Source: a candidate division CPR2 bacterium GW2011_GWC2_39_35 (GTDB lineage Bacteria; Patescibacteriota; CPR2). From it: a stretch of DNA of 64,000 nt. Position numbers and translations under genes: made by a program. This document shows, one piece after another, positions 53,461 to 62,639 of this stretch. The notes under the pieces are model-generated. The model saw only the letters and a program-made list of their open reading frames with translations, had not been told where the DNA came from and made no database searches. The stretch covers positions 223,563-287,562 of the forward strand of contig LBWX01000001.1 of NCBI GenBank assembly GCA_000995065.1, given 5' to 3'. Position 1 is the first letter of the stretch, and every line of letters starts with the position of its first letter.

Positions 53461-55584
53461 ATGAGAAAAAAGAAAGGAATCTTAAAAAAGGGAAATGTGT
53501 TTTATGACTCGCTACTAAGTTATTCGCATAACAAACGCTCTTTTACTGTTTATGGCCCACGTTCTTATGCAGATATTCTAATAAGGTCATTTTATGATTT
53601 TTCCCAAATGCTTAAAAAAATATTTTATAGTGTTTTATTCTTGTTCGGTTCCCTAGTTTTGGGGGGCACTATTTTATTCGGTTCAATTTTCTTCATTTAT
53701 TATAAATTTCTACCAACTCCAGCTTTAGCTGATCTCAGAAACATCCAGGCCAAAGGAGCAAGTATTTATGATAGGAATGGAGTGCTATTATACGATCTCC
53801 AAGATGGTGCCGAACATAAAAGGATGAAACTGTCAGAAGTGCCGGATACCCTCATTAAAGCGACCTTGGCAGTTGAAGACAAAGATTTTTACAACCATCG
53901 CGGCTTTGATCCAAGAGGAATCACGAGAGCAGCCTTAAATAACTTTACAAATAATGACAATATCCAGGGCGGATCTACTATTACTCAACAGCTAGTTAAA
54001 AATACGATTGTTGGCAACGAAGTAAGTATAAACAGAAAAATTAAAGAACTGGCCTTAGCCGTTAAAATTGATCGGGATTATGAAAAAAATGATGTTCTAG
54101 AAGCCTATCTAAATGATGTCTTTTACGGAAATAATTCGTGGGGTATTTCGGAAGCATCCGATCATTATTTTAACAAAACCCCCGCGGAGCTAACACTGTC
54201 AGAATCAGCCCTAATTGCCAGTTTGCCGACGGCTCCCACCAGATATTCTCCGTTATCTAGCATTGAGATAGCAAAAGAAAGGCAATCCGAGGCCTTAAAT
54301 CGAATGGTTAATCTTAATTATATAACCCCCGAAGAAGCCGAAAAAGCCGAAAAAGAACCAATTATTTTCAGCAACTTTCAAAACGAGATTAAAGCACCTC
54401 ATTTTGTAATGAAAGTTCTGGATATGATTGCCGATGAATTTGGTGAAGAAGAAATCACTAGAGAAGGGTTTAAAATTTATACAACCCTAGACTTAGCAAA
54501 ACAAGAAGCCGCCGAGGACATCCTAGCACGCCAAGTTAAAAGCTTAGCCAACCAAAATGTTTCTAACGGCGCTTTAGTGTCTATGGATCCAAAAACCGGC
54601 GAAATACTCTCTTATGTGGGCGGCGCCAATTGGTTTGATGACTTGAATTATGGCAAAGTCAATAATGCTGAAGCCAAGAATCAACCCGGATCCGCCATCA
54701 AACCGTTTGTCTATCTAAAAGCTTTCCAGACCGGAATGACAACCGGCACGGTTTTACATGATAAATCAACTGATTTTGGAGGCGGATATAAACCCAGAAA
54801 CTATGACGGAAAATTTAGAGGCAACGTACTGCCAAGAAGAGCCCTATCAAACTCTCTAAACATTCCGGCCGTAGAAGTATTAAAAAAAGTTGGAGTAGAA
54901 TCAGCTCTAGATACCCTAAGAAGTTTTGGAATAAATACCCTTGCCGATCCAACAAACTATGGTCTATCTCTAGTTCTTGGAGGCGGCGACGTAAAACTAA
55001 CCGAACTTGTTTTTGCGTACAGCGTCCTCGCTAATAATGGGGTAAAACAAGATCCAAACTTTGTAATCAGAATTGAAAATTCCAGAGGAGAAATTGTAAA
55101 GAATAGGAAAGATACTGTGCCTCAAAAAGTAATCGAACCGGAATATGCTTATTTAATTACCAATATCCTTTCTGACAATAACGCCAGAATCGAGATTTTT
55201 GGCCCGAATAGCCCCTTAAAATTATCCAGACCGGCCGCTGCTAAAACCGGAACAACCGATGATTACAAAGATTGCTGGACTATTGGATTTACTCCGGAAC
55301 TTGTAACCGGCGTTTGGATCGGCAATCCCAATAATGCCAAAATGGGCGGAGTAGCCGGAGCCATGGGTGCTGCGCCTATTTGGCATGATTTCATGGAAGC
55401 TGCCTTAAAAAATACTCCGCCCAGCAATTTTGAGATACCGGCCAATATTGTCTCGTTAAACATCTGTTTGGACGGCAAGAAAGCCGCTACCGGTGGAATT
55501 CAGGAAGTTTTTATTAAGGGAACTGAGCCAACGGCCGCCTGTAATATTTTAAAAAATAACAATAATCCCAAAAAAGCTCCTTAA
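53461..55584 (+). CDS. Class A penicillin-binding protein (PBP1A family)
   Basis: EDKDFYNHRG, QGGSTITQQL, RKIKE, PGSAIK, SLN and KTGT motifs. Confidence 0.95.
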   Translation: MRKKKGILKKGNVFYDSLLSYSHNKRSFTVYGPRSYADILIRSFYDFSQMLKKIFYSVLFLFGSLVLGGTILFGSIFFIYYKFLPTPALADLRNIQAKGASIYDRNGVLLYDLQDGAEHKRMKLSEVPDTLIKATLAVEDKDFYNHRGFDPRGITRAALNNFTNNDNIQGGSTITQQLVKNTIVGNEVSINRKIKELALAVKIDRDYEKNDVLEAYLNDVFYGNNSWGISEASDHYFNKTPAELTLSESALIASLPTAPTRYSPLSSIEIAKERQSEALNRMVNLNYITPEEAEKAEKEPIIFSNFQNEIKAPHFVMKVLDMIADEFGEEEITREGFKIYTTLDLAKQEAAEDILARQVKSLANQNVSNGALVSMDPKTGEILSYVGGANWFDDLNYGKVNNAEAKNQPGSAIKPFVYLKAFQTGMTTGTVLHDKSTDFGGGYKPRNYDGKFRGNVLPRRALSNSLNIPAVEVLKKVGVESALDTLRSFGINTLADPTNYGLSLVLGGGDVKLTELVFAYSVLANNGVKQDPNFVIRIENSRGEIVKNRKDTVPQKVIEPEYAYLITNILSDNNARIEIFGPNSPLKLSRPAAAKTGTTDDYKDCWTIGFTPELVTGVWIGNPNNAKMGGVAGAMGAAPIWHDFMEAALKNTPPSNFEIPANIVSLNICLDGKKAATGGIQEVFIKGTEPTAACNILKNNNNPKKAP

Positions 55585-55646
55585 AAAACTATAGAGACTT
55601 TAAAGACAGAGTTTTGATTATGACTATAACAATAAATACGCTCGAG

Positions 55647-56243
55647 CTAAACCTCTACCCGACCCTCTAAGGCTCTTGAGACCGTTAGCTGATCGGCATA
55701 TTCTAAGTCTGCTCCCATCGGCAGGCCAGAAGCAAGCCTTGTAACTCTTATCCCTAAAGGCAAAATCAATTTTTGCAGATATAAAGCCGTGGCCTCGCCC
55801 TCAAGATTGGGATTAGTGGCAATTATGACTTCCACGACCCCCCGATCCAGACGCTTCATAAGATGACCGATAGTTAAATCTTCCGGACCCATACCTTCAA
55901 TTGGAGAAATCACGCCGTTTAAGACATGATACTGGCCCCTAAATTGCCCTGTATTCTCGATCGCCAAGATGTCTAAAGGTTCTTCAACAACACAAATGAG
56001 ATTTTGGTCACGCCTTAGATCGTCGCAAATTTGGCAAGAATCACTATCGGTTAAACTACAACAAGAAGAGCAGCTATTGATGCCTTCAGTTATCCTTAGG
56101 ACTGCCTCGCCAAGTAGTCTCACATTGTCTTTGCTTTCCTTTAGCAAATAAAAGGCCAGACGTCCCGCAGTTTTTGGGCCAACACCCGGAAGTTTTGACA
56201 GTTCGTCAATTAAATTTTGTACAGATTTTGGTATAACTTGCAT
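55647..56243 (-). CDS. recR: Recombination mediator RecR
   Basis: LPGVGPKTA, C4 zinc finger and TOPRIM region ATNPNLEGEATA. Confidence 0.97.
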   Translation of the reverse strand: MQVIPKSVQNLIDELSKLPGVGPKTAGRLAFYLLKESKDNVRLLGEAVLRITEGINSCSSCCSLTDSDSCQICDDLRRDQNLICVVEEPLDILAIENTGQFRGQYHVLNGVISPIEGMGPEDLTIGHLMKRLDRGVVEVIIATNPNLEGEATALYLQKLILPLGIRVTRLASGLPMGADLEYADQLTVSRALEGRVEV

Positions 56244-56564
56244 TTAAAAAATGTTCTTAAAACTTAAGTATATCGACTCAAAGAATTTCTCCCCTGCAAG
56301 GACAAAGTAAGAAACTATGAGCATAAGAGTTACAAAGGAAATCTTAACTAACTTATTGCCTCGGACAAATCCCTTAAAAGATCCTCGGCCTTCTTCATGG
56401 TATAAGTAATTCCAGACTGCGTAAAGAATAACAAAGAATATAACACACACCGGAATTAAGTAAAGCACCAAAACCAAGATAGCCCCGAAAGAGTTAAGAA
56501 CAATATTAACAAGACCAAGCAGAAAGTTTACTAAAAAATCAAAAAACTTCGGAATCGATTTCAT
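56244..56564 (-). CDS. Hypothetical membrane protein
   Basis: Hydrophobic 106-aa ORF between ybaB and recR. Confidence 0.65.
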   Translation of the reverse strand: MKSIPKFFDFLVNFLLGLVNIVLNSFGAILVLVLYLIPVCVIFFVILYAVWNYLYHEEGRGSFKGFVRGNKLVKISFVTLMLIVSYFVLAGEKFFESIYLSFKNIF

Positions 56565-56581
56565 ATGTATCCTCTTTTAAA

Positions 56582-56854
56582 CTAAAAGCCTAAACCCATT
56601 CCTTTTGCAATATTGGCTGCAATTTGCTGAGACTTTGTCACGGCCTGCTCTAAGGCCGACTTGATCTCTCTTTCTAGTTTCTCTAAGTTATTAACATCAA
56701 TTTGAGCTTTATCAATATTTACAGACTGAACTTTTTGCTCGCCATTTATAACTATATTAACAGCACCGGCATTAACTTCTACCACTTCCGCTCTTAATTT
56801 TTTCTGAAGTTCCTTAGCTTTTTTTACTAAATCGTACTTGTCTTTTAAGCTCAT
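56582..56854 (-). CDS. ybaB: YbaB/EbfC nucleoid-associated protein
   Basis: AKELQKKL…GAVNIVINGEQKV; dnaX-recR neighbourhood. Confidence 0.85.
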   Translation of the reverse strand: MSLKDKYDLVKKAKELQKKLRAEVVEVNAGAVNIVINGEQKVQSVNIDKAQIDVNNLEKLEREIKSALEQAVTKSQQIAANIAKGMGLGF

Positions 56855-56908
56855 CGTCTCTCCTTATGGTTAATATGAAATTCTTGTTCTGATTATAGCA
56901 AAAGAGAA

Positions 56909-59224
56909 CTATCTTGTATACAGAGTGGCCTTAATTCCCTTATCTTTATTTTCCTCAAAAACCACTCTCTTATTCCAATTACTTAAAATGTCTTTTAGGG
57001 ATGGATCTTCCTCTCCCCTTCTTCCGATTATCCAAATTCTATTTCCAGAGTTTAACATGTTTCCTTTTTTTACCATGTAATCCTCGGGCCTGTCCCAAAA
57101 GAGAGATGATTCTCCATAACCGCTCGCCTTTTCATAAATAAGCTTTATTTCTTTGTCCCCAAAATAGTAGGTAGAATTTAAAAAAGTATAAAGACTTTCA
57201 GAAAAAACGACGTCACCCTCCTTTTTTTCGACAATTACTCTTTTATAAAGCTCATCCATGGGGATATCCATTTCTTTATGCATAAAATTAATCCCTATCG
57301 AAAAAACAATTAGAAACCCCAACCCAGACACCAATCTTAACTTTTTATCTGACACACTAGAAACAGCGCTTCCCCAAATAATTAACAATGCAACCCCAGA
57401 AAAAACAAAATAGCGATTCTCATACACCGGAACCACAAATAAGGAGAACAAAAACACAATCACCATTGGCAAATAGGCATAAATAAACATCAAAAAAGCC
57501 TCTTTAAATGGCTTTTTAAAGAATAAGAAAGTCGTAATTAAAACTAAGAAAATCCCTAAGACCCCGTAGATAAAATTAATATTGGATTCGTTGCCTACAA
57601 AACTATTAAAAGTTGCAAAACCTAAAACGCTTTTGGGAATAGTTTCAATAGTCATCCATTCCGGCAAGATCCAATAGTCGGATTTTATATGCTGAAACTG
57701 ACGCAAAACGACAGAAAACCAGGGCCCGTAAAAAATTATAATTATCAAATTAACTATAATCCATTTAAAATTGTAAATGCTTAATTTACCAATAAATCCT
57801 TTTATGCCAGGTTTCGATGAATAAGCTAATACTATAAACCAATGAACAATAATAGCCAAAAAAGCATAATATTGGGTATAAACAGCTAAAATCATGGCAA
57901 TAAGATAAGCCAAAAGAAAATTATCATTTTTATCTTTAACGTAGCAAAACAAAAAATATGTCCCGAGAGTCACTAAAAAAGCAACCAAACCGTACATCCG
58001 CGCTTCTTGCCCAGAATGAATCATTAAAGGCGAAAATGCAGCAAACAAGGAGGACCAAAAAGCAGCTCTTTTATTAAATATCTTTTGAACCAGAATGTAT
58101 ACCAAATAGATTGTTCCAATCGAAACAACAAGAGACAAACCCCTTATGGCCAGAATGGATCCCCCAAATAGAAAGGTCCAAAGTTTTACCACCATGTAAT
58201 AAAAAGGAGGATGAACATCCCGCGCCGTTCTCAGAATTATATCTTCTAAGTTAAAATGAGATAGCCACAGCGTATAACCTTCGTCATGAGAGACACCGGA
58301 ACCAATCTTATATAATCGTAAAAATAAACCGATTAGAACCGGATAAATCCAGCTATTTAGATAGACTTTTTTACGACTGATAACTTCATCTTTTAAGCTC
58401 TTCTTATTATAATAACCTCTAAAAAGCTTCCATTGAATTTCTATGATTTCAAAAAACGATTTAAATACATCTTTTACAGTGATGTTTGAGTCTTTCTCTT
58501 CATCATTCCAGTCCACCGGAACCTCAACAATCGAGAAACCGTATTTTTTAGCAATTACTAAAACCTCAGTATCAAAGCCAAATCCCGGCAGGGTAACCAG
58601 AGGAAAAATTGTATCCGCTGCTTTTTTTGAAAATATTTTAAATCCGCAACGACTATCCGTAAAACATTGACCCAGCAGCACAGTAAAAGCCAAATTTCCT
58701 CCCCGAGAAATAAATTGCCTTACCCGGCCTTGTTTTAGTCCGGCAGTATAGCTCCTGGCATGACCATAAATTAAAACGTCAATCACGTCCTTTGAGGCTC
58801 TAAAAAAAGACGGAAACCATTTTTTTGTCGGCACATTCAGATTATCCGTATATCTCGAGCCGATAACAATATCGTACTCGCGAACATATTTTAAAAGCTT
58901 ATCTACTTGGTTAAAATTTGTCGAATTATCGGCATCCATAAACATTTTAAAATCGCCCTTCGACTTGTAAATACCAGACTTGACTGCCGAACCCTTACCG
59001 CCTTTTCCGGGAGGATCAACGAAGACCTCAAATCTCGAAATTTTATTTTTTTTAGAGTTGGCGATTTTTACGGAACCATCGGAAGAGTGGCCATCCACAT
59101 AAATAATTTCGACATTGTAAGGTAACTTCGGAACATGCTTTATAATGTCATCAATTGTTTTCCCTAGCTCTACGGCCTGATTTTTACCAGGAATCACCAC
59201 TGATAGAAGTTCTTTTCGAACCAC
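56909..59224 (-). CDS. Fusion of a polyprenyl-phosphate glycosyltransferase (GT2, DPG/DPM synthase-like) and a GT-C (PMT_2/ArnT-like)
   Basis: VDGHSSDGS, GKGSAV, FMDAD, DSRCGFK and FGFDTE motifs, followed by a multi-TM domain with HDEG, DVHPPFYY and QEARMY. Confidence 0.88.
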   Translation of the reverse strand: MVRKELLSVVIPGKNQAVELGKTIDDIIKHVPKLPYNVEIIYVDGHSSDGSVKIANSKKNKISRFEVFVDPPGKGGKGSAVKSGIYKSKGDFKMFMDADNSTNFNQVDKLLKYVREYDIVIGSRYTDNLNVPTKKWFPSFFRASKDVIDVLIYGHARSYTAGLKQGRVRQFISRGGNLAFTVLLGQCFTDSRCGFKIFSKKAADTIFPLVTLPGFGFDTEVLVIAKKYGFSIVEVPVDWNDEEKDSNITVKDVFKSFFEIIEIQWKLFRGYYNKKSLKDEVISRKKVYLNSWIYPVLIGLFLRLYKIGSGVSHDEGYTLWLSHFNLEDIILRTARDVHPPFYYMVVKLWTFLFGGSILAIRGLSLVVSIGTIYLVYILVQKIFNKRAAFWSSLFAAFSPLMIHSGQEARMYGLVAFLVTLGTYFLFCYVKDKNDNFLLAYLIAMILAVYTQYYAFLAIIVHWFIVLAYSSKPGIKGFIGKLSIYNFKWIIVNLIIIIFYGPWFSVVLRQFQHIKSDYWILPEWMTIETIPKSVLGFATFNSFVGNESNINFIYGVLGIFLVLITTFLFFKKPFKEAFLMFIYAYLPMVIVFLFSLFVVPVYENRYFVFSGVALLIIWGSAVSSVSDKKLRLVSGLGFLIVFSIGINFMHKEMDIPMDELYKRVIVEKKEGDVVFSESLYTFLNSTYYFGDKEIKLIYEKASGYGESSLFWDRPEDYMVKKGNMLNSGNRIWIIGRRGEEDPSLKDILSNWNKRVVFEENKDKGIKATLYTR

Positions 59225-59227
59225 TCG

Positions 59228-60760
59228 CTAGCTCCCTTTTACAGTGTAAATGTTAAATAAAACTCTCTTAGAATATGGGGAAACATACCACCCCACGTCG
59301 CCACCTGGAAACTTTTCTTGGATTTTGGCTAGATACGGCTTGTCTGCTTCTGAAAAAACAAAAGTATTCTTATTAGAACTTAGTTTCAATTCCGGCAAGG
59401 AATTTAAAGAGACTTCTTTCATTTCTTTTGTCTCGAGTGCCTTAATAATATTACTTCTATCATTTTGCCAATAATATTTCGAGCTTTCATTGGGCAATCC
59501 ATTCAAAAATTGTGTCGCCGCCACCAAATCTTCGTTAAAAACTTGATAAACCTCAGGACTTCCTCGCCAAGCCCAAAAATATTTTTCTATATTGAATATA
59601 GCCGTCGTTGTCATCAGCCCCGCAAAGACGATCGCAGCTAAAGCTTTTGCCAATTTATTAAACGGAAATATCTTAGCCCAACTTGCAAGCGTCCAATCTA
59701 TTGCGAGTCCCGAAAAAATAAAAACAAAAGGAATGGCGCCAACGGCCTTAAAAACATAAAGATAATTATGAGAAAAAGCTGCCGGCATGAGGCTGGCAAA
59801 AAAACCTAAAATCAAGAATTGGTATTTAGTGCTATGAAAATATTTTAAAGCAATAATAAAACCGGATAAAAAGGATATGCCAACAAACGGATCCAATAAC
59901 GGTTCGTCTTTTAAATTAGTATGCCAGATAGCCGGCGTCTCAATATTAAATAGAAGCAAACTCTTAAAAACATTTTTAGCTAAGTTTATCGGCCCAGGCC
60001 AAAAAGAAAAAGCTATTTCCGGATGCCAGATCAAATATATAACCCCCGGAAGCATAAAGCTCATAACCAAGATCTCAAAAACAAATATTTCTTTCTCATA
60101 TTTTTTGAGTATTTTTGGCTTCTTATAAAAAGCATAAATAAAAATCGGTAAAAATAAAACGGGAATAAGCCAAAAAACTAAGCTCGAGTAAAAACCTAAC
60201 CCAACCAAAACCCCTAAGACAGCGAAATAAGATTTCCTTTTTTCCCTAAAAGCTAAGGAACCGAAAATCATCATAAGTAAAAATAACACCGGGATTATAT
60301 TGGCGTGGACAATAGACCTTGATACTAGTATCGGCCAAAAAGAGAATGCTGCTAAAAAAGATGCAACTAAAGCAATTCTCTGATTAAACCAAAGCCGGCC
60401 TAATAAATAGATAAGAAAAACCGTGAGAACACCTAAGATGGCTGAAAAAAACCTCAAGGCCATCAAATGGTTACCACCAAACAAATGACTAAAACCAAGA
60501 ACTCCCGCCCTAAATAGCATGTCAGGACCTATCTTAAAGCGATCTATCGACTGAAGGATCAATACCGCTTCGTCATTGTAAAGTCCGGGCGGTACCGAAT
60601 TTAAATCTATAAAACGGATAAAAATAGATGCGAGCAATATTGCAGAGAAAGTAAGTTCATGTTTGTAGGATTTTAAGAAAGCTAAAATAACGGGCCATAA
60701 CCCTATTTTAAACTTAATCCATATAATCTTTAATTTAGTTTTTATTTTGTAAATGCCCAT
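59228..60760 (-). CDS. GT-C fold glycosyltransferase (PMT_2/ArnT-like)
   Basis: PPGLYNDEA and ALRFFSA motifs; many TMs. Confidence 0.85.
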   Translation of the reverse strand: MGIYKIKTKLKIIWIKFKIGLWPVILAFLKSYKHELTFSAILLASIFIRFIDLNSVPPGLYNDEAVLILQSIDRFKIGPDMLFRAGVLGFSHLFGGNHLMALRFFSAILGVLTVFLIYLLGRLWFNQRIALVASFLAAFSFWPILVSRSIVHANIIPVLFLLMMIFGSLAFREKRKSYFAVLGVLVGLGFYSSLVFWLIPVLFLPIFIYAFYKKPKILKKYEKEIFVFEILVMSFMLPGVIYLIWHPEIAFSFWPGPINLAKNVFKSLLLFNIETPAIWHTNLKDEPLLDPFVGISFLSGFIIALKYFHSTKYQFLILGFFASLMPAAFSHNYLYVFKAVGAIPFVFIFSGLAIDWTLASWAKIFPFNKLAKALAAIVFAGLMTTTAIFNIEKYFWAWRGSPEVYQVFNEDLVAATQFLNGLPNESSKYYWQNDRSNIIKALETKEMKEVSLNSLPELKLSSNKNTFVFSEADKPYLAKIQEKFPGGDVGWYVSPYSKRVLFNIYTVKGS

Positions 60761-61221
60761 TTTTTGTAAAGGTTAAAGTTCCATACCATGCCAAAACCAA
60801 TCCCCCAGCATTTGGCAAAATTGTTTAATACAAATGAATAATTAAAAAAATTTGATAACCCGATTGATGATACTGCTTCATATGCCAAGTTGCCCGGAAA
60901 AATCCAGATTCTAGTTAAAAAATAAATAACCAATGTTTGAATACCATATACCCCAATAACAGTAACTAATAAAAACCTTACAATCTGACTAATTTTATAT
61001 TTACCGTCGCTCGCGTTAAAAGTCCAATTTTTATTGAAGTAAAAACTGTTGGCCATTGCAATACTTCCGGAAATCATGGAGGCAACATAAGGCGTTAAAA
61101 TTAAAATATTTATTGCCAAGTTATAGAATAAGATGTCTATAAAGGTGCTAGTTATCCCAACAACCGAAAATCTGCCCACTTCCTTTTTTGTCTTGCCGTC
61201 ACCAAAGGGCCTTAAAGTCAT
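60742..61221 (-). CDS. GtrA family flippase-like protein
   Basis: RFSVVG…D, NSFYFNKNWTF and WNFNLYKKWAF motifs. Confidence 0.9.
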   Translation of the reverse strand: MTLRPFGDGKTKKEVGRFSVVGITSTFIDILFYNLAINILILTPYVASMISGSIAMANSFYFNKNWTFNASDGKYKISQIVRFLLVTVIGVYGIQTLVIYFLTRIWIFPGNLAYEAVSSIGLSNFFNYSFVLNNFAKCWGIGFGMVWNFNLYKKWAFTK

Positions 61222-61277
61222 TTAAGAAGATATCCTTTACTCATTAACTATCTTTTATATTATCAGAGATGTCATTA

Positions 61278-62639
61278 TTACGCACGTTTCTTTTCAAGAT
61301 TTTTAAAAGCCATCTGATCAGCCACGAAATAAAGTTCCACCTCACCCGTTGGTCCATTTCGATGTTTTCTAATTAGAATCTCGGCGATATTCTTTTTTTC
61401 CGTCTCCTTATTATAGACGGCATCTCTATAAACAAATAATACAACATCGGCGTCTTGCTCAATCGATCCGGATTCCCTTAGATCTGATAATTGTGGCCGC
61501 TTGTCGGGTCGATTTTCAAGCTGTCTTGAAAGCTGGGATAAAGCCACTACCGGAACATTTAATTCTCTAGCAAGACCCTTCAAGGACCTTGATATCTCAG
61601 AAATTTCCTGAACTCGATTGTCCGGATTTCGTCCCGTCATAAGCTGCAAATAGTCAACAATAACAAGCCCCAAACCGTGTTCTCTCTGAAGCCTTCTCGC
61701 TTTTGCTCTCATCTCCAAAACCGTAACTCCCGGTGAATCATCAATATAGAGCGGGGCTTCCGATAAAGTAGCCATTGCATGACCAATCTTTGGAAAATCA
61801 TCGTCATTTAGATTGCCCGTGCGGAGTTTCCAAGAATCAATTCCGGCTTCCGAACAGAGCAACCTATCCACAAGTTGCTCCTTTGACATTTCTAAGGAAA
61901 AAACACCAACCGGAATTCCTTCTTTTGAGGCGACGTGCTGAGCGATATTCATAGCAAGAGAGGTTTTACCCATCGATGGTCTACCGCCAATAATAATCAA
62001 ATCTGATGCTTGCAAACCAGCAAGCTTATTATCTAGTTCTTTATACCCGGTTGGTACACCTCTCAAGCTATCCTTATCCTTATGTAGCTGGTCTAACTTC
62101 TCAAAAGTATCAGTAAGAACAGACTTAATAGATAAAAAAGTTTGTTTATGATGCTTTTGGGAAACTGAAAACAAATTTTGTTCAGCTTTGTCTAAAATTT
62201 GATCCACATCGCTATCTTCGTCAGCAGTAAAAGCAATGATGTTTCCGGCTGCATCGATAAGGCGCCGTAAAATGGCTTTATCGGCTACAATCTTGGCATA
62301 GTTTTCTATATGCGCCGAGGAAATGACCGCACCGGCGAGACCGGCCAGATAAGAAGAACCGCCTATATTTTCCAACTCTCCTTTTCCACTTAGCCTGTTT
62401 GATAAAGTAATAAGATCAATTGGCTCTCTTTTTTCAAAAAGTTCCAACATGGCCCCGTAAATTTTTTCGTGCGTTCCTTTATAAAAATCTTCGGCTGCTA
62501 AGATATCGACAATCTTAATGATGGCATCTTTATCAATTAAGAGACATCCTAAAACCGAAACTTCAGCTTCAACATTTTGAGGCGGAATCTCTCTTAACCC
62601 CTCCACTTTATCCGGTTTTTTTCTTTGATTCTCTGCCAT
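61278..62639 (-). CDS. dnaB: Replicative DNA helicase
   Basis: PPQNVEAE, GRPSMGKT, DYLQL and DLRESGSIEQDAD motifs. Confidence 0.98.
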   Translation of the reverse strand: MAENQRKKPDKVEGLREIPPQNVEAEVSVLGCLLIDKDAIIKIVDILAAEDFYKGTHEKIYGAMLELFEKREPIDLITLSNRLSGKGELENIGGSSYLAGLAGAVISSAHIENYAKIVADKAILRRLIDAAGNIIAFTADEDSDVDQILDKAEQNLFSVSQKHHKQTFLSIKSVLTDTFEKLDQLHKDKDSLRGVPTGYKELDNKLAGLQASDLIIIGGRPSMGKTSLAMNIAQHVASKEGIPVGVFSLEMSKEQLVDRLLCSEAGIDSWKLRTGNLNDDDFPKIGHAMATLSEAPLYIDDSPGVTVLEMRAKARRLQREHGLGLVIVDYLQLMTGRNPDNRVQEISEISRSLKGLARELNVPVVALSQLSRQLENRPDKRPQLSDLRESGSIEQDADVVLFVYRDAVYNKETEKKNIAEILIRKHRNGPTGEVELYFVADQMAFKNLEKKRA

